From assembly GCF_964204645.1 (NCBI RefSeq), contig NC_134033.1:3368131-3432130 (forward strand): a stretch of DNA of 64,000 nt, read 5' to 3'. Made by a program: the position numbers and the translations under genes. Below, one piece after another: positions 39,945-51,461 of this stretch. The first letter of the stretch is position 1. Each line of letters opens with the position of its first letter. Source of the DNA: Tubulanus polymorphus (lineage: Eukaryota; Animalia; Nemertea). The notes below the pieces were generated by a model that searched no databases, was not told the DNA's origin, and saw only the letters and a list, made by a program, of their open reading frames with translations.

Positions 39945-40269
39945 TCTTGCCTATTCAGCAGATCTAGTGTCACCCAGAGACTTGCCTATTCAGCAGATCT
40001 AGAGTCGCCCAGAGAATTGCCTCTTCAGTAGACCTAGAGTCGCCCAGAGAATTGCCTATTCAGTAGACCTATAGTCGCCCAGAGAATTGCCTATTCAGTA
40101 GACCTAGTGTCGCCCAGAAACTTGCCTATTCAGTAGGCCTAGTGTCACCCAGAGGCTTGCCTATTCAGCAGATCTAGTCACACAGAGACTTACCTATTTA
40201 CGGAGCAGACCTAGCGTTAACCAGAATGGTAACGATATGGCTTGTTTTGACGAATTGTTATATATATAC
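39945..40269 (-). repeat. Lectin D TATA box, first exon and 35-bp donor minisatellite (~7 units)
   Basis: Same architecture as copy C; TATATATATAAC at ~40260. Confidence 0.85.
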
Positions 40270-40958
40270 TGACGAAAATTTAATAAATTCTATGATCAAT
40301 ATTTACTCAGCTATCATTCTGACTACTCTTCATTCTCCTCTTAAATCGATAGAAGCGAAAACAGTACATTGGTAAATTGGAAATCCTATGCCAACTGTTT
40401 ATGTGTGAGATATCACGGTGCGCATAGGTTATGACCAGAGATACTGTTCTACCGCGTGCAACCAGTATAACGCATTCAAGTGTTTTTTACACTGGCTAAA
40501 AATTCAATAAATTTCATGGTCCGAATATTTACCGAGCTCTCATTCTAGCTGCTCATGTTTCGCCGGTGAACGAAACCAGCTGCTCCTCGTTAGGATCGAA
40601 GGCAAATATTCGATTTTCCAGAAAGCGTCACTCGACAATCCTCGCCTTCTGGTTTAATCCACATGTTTCCTGGTATGTACGTAGTTTCCCATCCCTCTCA
40701 CATATGTCCCGCCAGTGACCGACCAGACGCCATTTTCTTCAGCCGTGAAATGGACATTTTCTTCTTTGGAAATCGACATCCTCTCGAATGTGAAACCGAA
40801 GTTTGACGAATTGAAATTTCGGAAACACGTTTTTCATAAAGGCAAATGATATGAATAAGGAGAAAACTTCAGGAAGAAGCCATCCTACGACCGACGAGGA
40901 TAAAGCTAATAGCTTCCATCGCGCTGGAGAGGTATTCGAGGCTAGTAATTTTGGGTAT

Positions 40959-41472
40959 GGGGCCGTGCATAAAGTACGTACGCTTGACTTCCGGGTATTT
41001 TTAACCCCCCTCCCCCCTTGTACGCTCATTGTACGTTTTTTTATAACCCCCCTTGCGTACATACTTTTAGGGGTAACCCCCCAGTAAAACAGAATTTTCA
41101 GGAATAATGGTTTAAAGAAGGCAAAATCCACCCTGATTCAACAGAGTTCCTGCTGACGTTGATCAACGATCTTCCATGGCGACGAAATGAAAGACTGAAA
41201 GTGGGGAATTCCCGAGATCCAAATATAATATATTGAATGCAACAAACCCAGGGAGACCGGTTTCGCAATTAAGGCAGTGTTTGCTATACATTAAAGGAAG
41301 ACAGGTTTACCCACAGACATATGTTTTGTGCACAAAGTACGTACTATTAATATTAACCCTCCCCCTTGGAAAGTATGTACTTTTTAGCTGACCCCTCCCC
41401 TCCCCCTGTACGCTTTTGTACGGATTTTAAGAACCCCCCCCCTACGGACGTACGTACTTTATGCACGGCCCC
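40959..41472. mobile_element. PIF/Harbinger-like MITE
   Basis: TIR GGGGCCGTGCATAAAGTACGTAC with a 3-bp TSD (TAT). Confidence 0.85.
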
Positions 41473-43105
41473 TATGCCCGGAACAGAGCCAGCCGTTAAA
41501 AAAAAAGAACTTGATTACGGGGAGGTGCAACGCCAGGTTCCCCTATACAATCTACACATTTTTATATGACCCAACAAATGTACTTTAAATTTATTTTTCT
41601 ACTTAGATATCGGTGTAGTTCCCATAATATTTGATCTATTTATGAGAAAAGTTCATTCGGTTTACATCGAAATGTAGTAGAAATTGAACGCAAAAGACCG
41701 AGTAAATACTAGCGACACCTGGCTGATCCTCGCTTGCCACGGCAGTAGTGTTTGTAGTTCCCCATTACATTGAAGTTCTCCTGTGCGAGGCAAATTTTCT
41801 AATCGGGTTGAATCAATCGCACACTCGGTCCAGTTCGACAGTTCTGAGTTAAGATTTGACTCTGGGTTAAAAGCATTGAAAATGAACTAACTTTAACTCA
41901 GAGTTAACTTTAACTCACAACTGTGGAACCGGGTCCCTGGACTTTGAAAATCAATATTCCTATAGAAGGCCCGCGGAACCATTCTCAACAACGATATTAT
42001 GAGTAACAGTCCCTAACGCGACATGTTCAACCACAATAAGCATTCAAGCGTTACTTATATACATAATATTAAAGTGCCATTCACGCTGGCGTGGTCGGAG
42101 TATAAGCGGTCAGTCTTCGTTTGTGTGTCTAATGCCTGTTCGGGTCGCGAGTGGATTCCAGAGTTGCTTCCATATTCAACGCGTAGGAATGGATTTAAAA
42201 AACAAAAACAAAGAAAAAAACAAAGCTATGGCCTTCGTAAACGCGTCGATAGGTTGTATAGGCTCGGAGGTCTCGGATCATGGCTTGACGTTCGTTAACT
42301 GCGGAGCTGAGGACGCTAACCTATATAGGATGACAAGGTGGATAACGATTTCAATAAAGAGCGCTCTAAAAAGCGCGCAGAAGGAAATAGGATCTCGGTG
42401 ATACCGGAAGTGGTTTCATGTCATTTAATCCTCACCATGTGACGTAATTTTCGAAGAATTACAATACAAATTCGACATTCAACATCGTTAAGGTAAGAAT
42501 CGGTTTAGTTTTCTCGCTCATTTTGACATTGAAAAGAATTTGAAACATGAATTGTTTACATTACCACGTTGACGATACAGTTAATTTACAAAGTTCGTCA
42601 ATCGCTACTGGCCTGGCAAAATATCTACCTCCTTATTGATATCAACATAGGAATAATAAATTCAACCGCTGAATAGAGGAAAAAAGGGTGTCCCAGGTTC
42701 GAAACTATATCGTTGTGACAGCCAATGTACATTCAATGTGTCCATTGTAGTTGGTGATGTCAGAGGAGACTCTAGGAGGCCATAATAGTATGGGGCACTC
42801 ACCAGATGGCGCAAAAAACACTGTGTCATTCGTATAGTGAAAATAAGTTCATTTTTTGATTAAATTTGAACTCGATTTTTAGGCCAATTTACTCGGCCAT
42901 CGAATAGAAATAAAGATTTGCTTTCTCACTCGGTAAAGATTTCACTGAAAATTCATTTCATATGTCGATTCTAGTTTGATAAGATGGAAATTGAAGCGCG
43001 GTAACCCAGTGACCACTAGCGATCCTCGTGGATTATCGACGAATCCTCGCTTGCCACAGTATAGCGTAACCGGTTAGCGTTTAGTTCTGGATTTAGGGGT
43101 ATCAC

Positions 43106-46100
43106 TCAATAGTTTGATAGCGCGTTAGCTTCGATGCGTGTGAGTTTCCAGTACGTGTTACCAGTTACGCTGTTCATTTGTGAGGACAGTTTATACATTT
43201 TACACAGACAATTCAATTCATCTACAATGTACGCCTCGCATTGTATTTCTGCCGAGCAGTAATCCGCACAGAATATATCAGCTCCACAATACCTCAGCTT
43301 TACAGAGTTTACAAGCGATCCAAGTGCCGCATCTGTGACCGTCCTATAGTTGAACTTAGTCTTCAAATAATCTGTAATAAAAAAAGCGCGCATTCAAAAT
43401 CGATTAGACAACCGTGATTTGCATAAATTTGCATGAATGAAATCGATTATACGCACAGGAAGCAGTGAAATCCGATCCTAACTTCAGATCCCGATTTAAA
43501 GTGATCACGAACATTTTTGAAACGCTGTTGAACACATACTCGACACCATCCACATCGACAGTCACCTGCGAAAATGATTAACACGAATTATGTAATTGTT
43601 TATAAGCGGATATTCGGCGACGTAAAAACCGTTACAATTAGTGTTGATAACTACTATGCGTTCTTTCAAGGGTTTCTGCGGTGAGTCGATGTGTACTACG
43701 TCATCAATATTGCCGTTTCAAAATAACAATTACAATTATGGCGTTTATTTCGTTGATTTTATATCATCTAAAATATTTGGTTATTTTCTGAGTTGATTAT
43801 ATTTTAATAATTCGTATTCCCTATTCTATGATTTCAATAATTATTTTTGGGAGGATTATGCGCACTACGTCATAAATATATCGGGGTTAGACTGGTGGCC
43901 GGTCAATTCAATAACCGATGAATCCAAAATGTTGACCCGTTTTACCGAAATCTATCGTCTATACTTCATCTTTTACTATCGACAATATTATGCAAAATAT
44001 TGAGCGATTTTCCGGGCGTCGATAAACTCTCAAGTAAGTTCTCTTATTATCATAGCATTTGTTTTTTGTTTGTCTAAAATAATAATGATTTAGATGGCGC
44101 GACTTTTGTAAACTTATCAAGAAAAAACTTTTAACGGAAAATTGCGGCATTTTGATTGTATCGCGGTGGAAGGCAAATGTTGGTTTTACCTTTGTATAAC
44201 GGGACACCTTGGCACTATTGCTGAAGAATCGAATATAGTGCAGGCGTCCTGGACTACAATTGGGTATTGTGCTCGTTGTAGCGCTGAAAATATCCGTAAC
44301 ACATAAAGTAACATATAGCAAAGAAGAAAAGCCGCAATCGATTACGTAACAACGATGATAAGATGAAGGATTGAAGTTTCGACTTAACAGCTATGAGCCG
44401 TTTTCATAACAGATGCATTTACGAGGAGCCGTGGAAATGTTTCGAAACTAGCGCACCTCGAATCAGTCGATACGTCAATCCTATATATGTTTCACTAATG
44501 CGTAGCCATTTGTAGTTTTTATGTCAGCACAAATTTATCTCCATTTGTCCATGGTCTACGGAAAACTGGAATAAATATCGGTTTGATTGATGTTAGTATT
44601 TTACCTATTTGCTAGCAGTTTTGAAAACAACCTGATCTCCGGGCAATTTCCAGTTGATCCTTTTACTACGGCATAAGTTGCGGCATTTGTACCGTCATAT
44701 CGACCAGGGCCAGTATGCATAGTCACTTTTACTTCATCTTATATGGAAAAAATGTGTTCAATATTAGTTTTCTTAAATGATTGATTCTTTAGGAGAAAAG
44801 TTCATTCAGATTTAATTGAAATGTAGAAGGAAATCGAACGTGGACGACCAACTATCTACTAGCGACACCTGGTGGAAACTCGCCTGCCATAAGCGGAATC
44901 CTCGATTGCCACAGTAGCGGCGCGGGTACCCCATTAGCATTCACACACAATGATTGGACCCGTGCCGACCTGGTCCGACGTTTGGCCCACATTTGGCCCA
45001 TATCAAATGTGCACTGTCGCATTGGGAAAGTCGTTGGTACTTATTGGCGTGGGTCAAACTTGGCCAGGGTCAAAAAGTATCGCGCATTTCGTGGCTTAAC
45101 CGGTCGGCTCCAGATTACCAACCGTTGGCCTAGTTTCATTTACAAACAGAATTACTGTCTGTCACACCTGCTCTCCGTGCGACGTTTCGGTCCGTAATTT
45201 CGTTAATAAACAGTTTATCTACCTTTATTACGCATCAATTTGTTCAGTGAGGAATTCGCATTCAGAAATAAACAACAATTTTTACTAAAGTTGTTTTTGT
45301 TTTCATTTATGAGCGATAGTTTAATACTTAGCATACGCTCGCGTAATGCTGAAAAATCCGCTCCGCGGACGCGCGGAAACGTTACAGTGACGTCATCACC
45401 TACTCATTAGCATAACAAAATACAGTAGGCGGCGCCACGTGATGGGCCATATTTATTTTTAAGGGATAAATTTAAGAGCCCTTGGTTATCATATATAAAG
45501 AAAACGTTTGATGACTGTGGTTTGTCCTGCATTTGGACGCAGCAATTCATGACTAACAGTAAATCTTTTTCAAAACGAATAAAACAGATACTCCGTGACC
45601 AGCACCTTCAAGAAACTGTATCTGCCATAAATACTTATCCGATATACACTAACTTTAGGCAATATAAAAATGATATTAGGTTAGAGAAGTATATAATAGA
45701 ACTTGGTGATGACTTAGGAACTAGTTTATTTGAATTTAGGGTCGGGTCCTATATTTTACCTGTGAACAAATTTTCAAACCTTCATTTAGACAGAGCCGAT
45801 AGAATATGCCCCACTTGTAATACTCTAGGTGACGAATCCCATTTTCTGTTTGACTGTACCTTACTTAACGAACAACGCAAAAACTTTTTGAATTTGAATA
45901 CCTTTAATACCCTTGATATTCTGAAAAACCCAACGGTCAACTTAGCTAAATTCATTAAGACCGGCTTAGATGTATATAGATCCCTCCAATAGTATATATA
46001 GTATTGTAAATAGTTGATGTATATATATATTTCGTTACGTTTTCATTCTCTAAATTTTAATCACTTCAGTATTGTTTTGTAAATATTTGTATATACATGT

Positions 46101-47420
46101 GTAATAGTTTTCCTCCATATACCATGAAAATGGTTGGAGTGTAAATAAATCGTAATCGTAATCGTAATCGTAATCGTAATAGCCGTTTTTCAGCATTACG
46201 CGAGCGTATGCTAGGTAAACTATCGCTGATGAAAATACAAACAAATGTATGCCACTTCATGATTTATTTCTGAATGCAAATTCCTTACTGAACAAATTGA
46301 TGCATAACATTTAGAGATAAACCGATTATTAATGAAATTACGAACCAAAACGTCGCACGGAGAGCATTTGTAACAGACAGTAACTTAGTAATCAATTTAA
46401 TAACTTCAATAATTAAGCTTAAATCGTTTTAGGTATTCATTCTTTTGGTGAAACAAACTTAATCAATTAAGTATGATTTTGCTAGCTGCAGCAGATTGCC
46501 GCAGAGATGCGAAAAATACGTACACAACCATAGAATTTCATTCTGCGATAAGAATATAATAATTTTTCGCTAGGGGGCGTTCAAATAGTACGTACGGCCA
46601 GTTTTACCGTTTTTAGACCCCCCCCTTGTACGATCTTGGTACTTATTTCATTGTCCCCCACCCGTACGTACATATTGAAAGACCCCCTCAAATCAAAGCG
46701 AGGTTGTTTGTGGTACTATATAGGCTAGTGTTAACTAAGAAGTATGATTTCATGAGATAAGGATTGGTTTACTGTAATTTATTTTGTCTCAGACATTATG
46801 TTTGACGTAATTTTGGATATCTCTCGTCCATTAAGTACGTACATCTGTTTGAGAAACCGTCCTACCAGAAATTTACGTACATTATACTTTAACCCCCCTC
46901 CAGGGTCGGATTTAGACCGTCGGAATTTTAAAGTGCCTTTTTATTTTTTCTCTTTATCAAAATTTTCCGTTGTAACCTCCTGAGATACGCAAAATAAACA
47001 TAAACATAAATATATAACCTATGCTAAATATAGCTAAATATATAACCTATGTTTCTTGACTAAATGCCTCTCAGAGATGCTCAGAAAGCTCTAAAATGAT
47101 AGCGAAATTTCAAAAATTTTGCTGATATGCTTTCCGCCCTAAATTAAGAATATATGCCCTTTTTATCGGTCGACAAGGTCACAACATGTCCCTGGATCCG
47201 CCCCTGCCCTCCCCCATACGAAGTTAGTTCATTATTTTTACCCCCCCCCCCTAAAATCGCACGTACTATTTAAACGCTCCCCTAAAATGTTCAATGTCAC
47301 TCATCGAAACCGATGAAATGAATGATGATAAAATATACAGAATCGTTTAGAATGTTACTTACTCGACACAACTTGAAGTAGCATCACGAAAATGTGAATC
47401 CGAACCAATAAGTTGTTCAT
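43106..47420 (-). CDS. Secreted protein (~211 aa) with a C-terminal PAN/apple-like Cys pattern; exons 47420-47363, 44283-44190, 44073-43965, 43565-43457, 43371-43106
   Basis: All four introns are GT-AG with matching phases (1,2,0,1). Signal-like N-terminus MNNLLVRIHIFVMLLQVVS. The C-terminus is CADYCSAEIQCEAYIVDELNCLCKMY...GNTYWK. Confidence 0.6.
45155..46380. mobile_element. MITE (same family as 31708-32204) interrupted by a LINE
   Basis: TA|CTGTCTGTCACA...TAACAGACAG|TA termini. Confidence 0.9.
45451..46180 (+). mobile_element. 5'-truncated LINE, same family as 8395-9926, with an (AATCGT)n tail
   Basis: ORF 45522-45992 is clearly homologous to 9159-9713, and both share the 3' UTR motif ATGGTTGGAGTGTAA. 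Confidence 0.9.
46573..47282. mobile_element. Harbinger-like MITE with a nested CAGGG..CCCTG element (~46901-47206)
   Basis: TIR GGGGGCGTTCAAATAGTACGT / ACGTACTATTTAAACGCTCCCC, flanked by TA(G/A). Confidence 0.7.
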
Positions 47421-47893
47421 TGTCAGTTGTAAAGTAGCTGCAAGCCTTCACTGGAAAGTTTAGATTAAGTTGCGGTTCTGGTGAACTTCATATACCTTTA
47501 TGAAACTCAATAATTGATAGTTTGACGCGTGCTCGCGATAAACCAGAATCTACACTCTCAACAACTCTCACCGTTTCTAACCTCTTTTCTTCTCTCCTTC
47601 TCCCTCTCCCCCTCTCTCCTTCTCCCCCTCTCCCTCTCTCCTTTCCCTCTCTACTATCGGTTTTTCATAGAAAAAAAGCTTCCTCTTTATCATCGCAGTT
47701 GACAACGTTCAAAACGGATAGAAATCTTCATCAATATTTAATTCGCTACTTTTTGCTGTTTGCATAAGTCGGCGTTGGCCCAATACTGGGACATGGCATC
47801 AAGCAGTGCTTGGAGCGCCCCCGAAGAGCTGAAACTACTTGCCTGTGGTCGACAGGGGTAAATGACCCTGTGGGGATAGATGGATGCAATTTG

Positions 47894-48213
47894 GAGAGGG
47901 AGAGGGAGAGGGAGAGGCAGAGGCAGAGGCAGAGGCAGAGGCAGAGGCAGAGGCAGAGGCAGAGACAGAGGGAGAGACAGAGGGAGAGGCAGAGGGAGAG
48001 GCAGAGGGAGAGGCAGAGGGAGAGACAGAGGGAGAGGCAGAGGCAGAGGGAGAGGCAGAGGGACAGGCAGAGGGAGAGGCAGAGGGAGAGGCAGAGGGAG
48101 AGGCAGAGGGAGAGGCAGAGGGAGAGGCAGAGGGAGAGGCAGAGGGAGAGGCAGAGGGAGAGGCAGAGGGAGAGGCAGAGGGAGAGGCAGAGGGAGAGGC
48201 AGAGGGAGAGGAG
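47894..48213. repeat. GA-rich hexamer microsatellite (GAGGCA/GAGGGA)n
   Basis: Explains the RG, EA, ER and LP low-complexity ORFs. Confidence 0.97.
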
Positions 48214-49659
48214 CGATCACGGTATGCATCGTGGCAATATTCAACCCGTTGAACAGGACAAGGGTTATAATTTTTGAAATTTGCAAAAATGTGGAACTCA
48301 GCTTCCGTAGTTCAGTGGATAAACGGCTTCGTTTTTTGTTCGTGAACTATCGCAGCCAGCTTTTGGTGCTTTCTGGTTCTGATAAGACTTTTATCAGGTA
48401 CGTACCACCAAAACTGGCTGACCTAAACCACCTGATATACTCCAGGTCAAGTTGAAATCGACATTCAGAAACCAGTGACATGAATATTGATTATCACTGC
48501 GTTCATTAGATATCGTTTTTTTCAAAGCGTCGTCACTCAACTATATATAACAATCACGTTTATCGGTTATTTTCTAGTTTAAGTACAACGTTATCGGAAA
48601 TGTGGGATTCGAACCCGATTTAGTGTCATGTCTCTTTTCATCCATCTCGTGTAGTGTCTTATTTATCTTTTCTTTGTTTTTTTTTTTGGGTACAATCACC
48701 ACTTGGTATGGTCGAAAGTTGGTACAGCTCTGTGACTGCACCCTCAATTATCGATTTAGTTTCCGCATTCATATTGATCAGTTCAGTATCTTTAAGTGAA
48801 GAATGAATTACATTGTACATCAAAGGGAGGGTCAACTCATCCGAAAATGGCGGTTAATAGTCGGGGCGGGTGTCCTGGCGAGCTATGCAGGCTCTCGCCA
48901 CGGCCCCGCTGTGGTCACCACGCTGAAGGACGGTCCTGCTGTGGTCACCACGCTGAAGGCCCCGTGGCGCTTGCAGGGGGCGCGGGGATCCTCCCCCCAG
49001 AAAATTTCTCAAATCTAGGTACGTTTCATGCAATTTTTGTGCATATATATGACTGCTTTAAGCAGTGCTTTGGACTTAAGTCTTAGATCAATTATAAAAG
49101 TGCACTTGATCGGAAAGGGGTTAGGATCTGCCCCTGGGGTAGGCCTTATTGTGCTTGATTAGAGGCTCCACACAGATTTGTAGGTCACCACACCGATCAG
49201 ACGCACTGAGACACTAGTTCAGTGACGCAGTTCAAATCAGTTTCGCTTCAAGTTTGTTATCTTTCCAACAGAAAATTTCTCTTGTAAATGGAAAATTCTG
49301 CTTGACTACCGCTGACTTGACAGATATGTGCGTATACTATGTAATGCGGTTAAATAATGAGGAAACTTCCCAACCTGTTCCGATTTTTTTTTTTTTACTA
49401 TTGACATTTCACCATGATGATGAATATTTGTACAACGAATATTGATATCTGTTGGAGCTACATTCATATTTCACGAGTTTCACTAAACCGTTTATCCATT
49501 GTGTCAGATTTATGAGAATTGATCTTTGATTTTACGCGAACAATAAATCCCGCAAATGAATAGACGAATTGTGATGCAATGATTGGTAACGAATTCTTGA
49601 TATCTAAGTTGAATTGATTTTTCTGAAAAATGCGAGAAGAAACGGCCAGTTCCAGAACA

Positions 49660-50507
49660 TTCTCAGACAGTCAGTTGACTCTCTGATTCGACCAACAGTA
49701 CGCTCTCAGACAGTCGGTACACTATCAGACAGTCGGTACACACTCAGACAGTCGGTACACTCTCAGAGACAGTCGGTAAACTCTCAGACAGTCAGGACAC
49801 TCTCAGACAGTCAGTACGCACTCAGACAGTCAGTACACTCTAAAACAGTCAGTGCACACTCAGACAGTCGGTACACTCTCAGACAGTCGGTACACACTCA
49901 GACAGTCAGTACACACTCAGACAGTCGGTACACTCTCAGACAGTCAGTACACACTCAGACAGTCGGTACACACTCAGACAGTCGGTACACTCTCAGACAG
50001 TCAGTACACTCTCAGACAGTCGGTACACTCTCAGACAGTCGGTACACTCTCAGACAGTCAGCACACTCTCAGACAGTCAGTACGCACTCAGACAGTCAGT
50101 ACACACTCAGACAGTCAGTACACTCTAAAACAGTCAGTGCACACTCAGACAGTCGGTACACTCTCAGACAGTCGGTACACACTCAGACAGTCAGTACACA
50201 CTCAGACAGTCGGTACACTCTCAGACAGTCAGTACACACTCAGACAGTCGGTACACACTCAGACAGTCGGTACACTCTCAGACAGTCAGTACACTCTCAG
50301 ACAGTCGGTACACTCTCAGACAGTCGGTACACTCTCAGACAGTCAGCACACTCTCAGACAGTCAGTACGCACTCAGACAGTCAGTACACACTCAGACAGT
50401 CAGTACACTCTCAGACAGTCAGTACACTCTCAGACAGTCAGTACACACTCAGACAGTCGGTACACTCTCAGACAGTCAGTACACACTCAGACAGTCAGTA
50501 CACTCTC
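49660..50507. repeat. 18-bp minisatellite (CACTCTCAGACAGTCRGTA-like), ~46 units
   Basis: Direct tandem units ending ~10 nt before the GPCR ATG. Confidence 0.97.
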
Positions 50508-50516
50508 CGACGAATC

Positions 50517-51461
50517 ATGAACCAGACGCAATTTGGTCGAACTTACAACAGCTACATCGTTCTCATGTCCGTGGTGAACAGGTCCGGAATCTACCTTACC
50601 GCGTCACTGGTCGTTCTGCCTGTCGTGTTCATCTTCGGCGTCTTCGGAAATTCGGCTACTTTACAGATCATGATAAGTCGCCGATTCCGCGGTTTATCTT
50701 ACGCTAACTATCTGATCGTTTTGTCTGCCAGTGATTTCATGTACTGTATCAATTACACGCTGATGCCCGTTTTACAGTTTGTTCTCTTGCGCGCTGACGT
50801 CGGTCCGATATTCATGATGAGTTCACTGATCAGTTGTAAACTGTACGAGTTTATAATGGTCACCGCTTTTGCCAACAGTTCGTGGTTGATAGTAGCGATA
50901 TCTCTAGAACGCGCGGCAGTTGTTCTCTTCCCGTTCACATCTCGTTTGATATGTACACCGAGATTCGCTAGATTTACTATACTGATAATAACAGCAGTGA
51001 ATGTACTGCTGATATATCTCACGCCGGCTTTGTCGATACATTTTACCGACCAGTCTTTCGGGTGTTACTACGATTTAGTAGACCAATTTACATTTTTTGC
51101 CATAATCGTCGTCCACAATCACATTATACCTTTGACTTTGATTATCACGTCAAATACTGTAATAATAGTTCAGTTATTCAGAGGTTCAAAAATGGTTTCG
51201 TCCGATCAGAAAACCACGAAATCGAAACGTACGACAATAATGCTCGTAACAGTTTCATTCGCCTTCGCAATATTTACCATTCCTTCGACTATTACTTCAT
51301 TGTTAACAGTTTCGCCGGAACAGCGAGAATTTCTCTTGGAGATTTTCACTCAGTTTCAAATGTGGAACTACGTGGTCAATTTCTACATATATCTCCTGCT
51401 GGGACGGGAAATCCGCGAATATTTCTGTATGAAAATCCGCTGTATAGGTTCGGATAAATAA
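50517..51461 (+). CDS. Intronless rhodopsin-class (class A) GPCR, FMRFamide/peptide-receptor-like orphan, 314 aa
   Basis: Seven hydrophobic segments with GVFGN (TM1), LSASD (TM2), CK..SLER (TM3), IIP (TM5), FTIP (TM6) and NFYIY (TM7). The first ATG is at 50517; the ORF-track start at 49614 is a non-ATG codon. Confidence 0.9.
   Translation: MNQTQFGRTYNSYIVLMSVVNRSGIYLTASLVVLPVVFIFGVFGNSATLQIMISRRFRGLSYANYLIVLSASDFMYCINYTLMPVLQFVLLRADVGPIFMMSSLISCKLYEFIMVTAFANSSWLIVAISLERAAVVLFPFTSRLICTPRFARFTILIITAVNVLLIYLTPALSIHFTDQSFGCYYDLVDQFTFFAIIVVHNHIIPLTLIITSNTVIIVQLFRGSKMVSSDQKTTKSKRTTIMLVTVSFAFAIFTIPSTITSLLTVSPEQREFLLEIFTQFQMWNYVVNFYIYLLLGREIREYFCMKIRCIGSDK

Noticed and set aside
47738-48455. RG-, EA-, ER- or LP-repeat proteins
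   Set aside because: These are translations of a GA hexamer microsatellite that is open in several frames.
49614-50516. 615-aa GPCR as listed in the ORF track
   Set aside because: The start is a non-ATG codon and the extension is minisatellite; it is kept only as a hypothesis in the findings.
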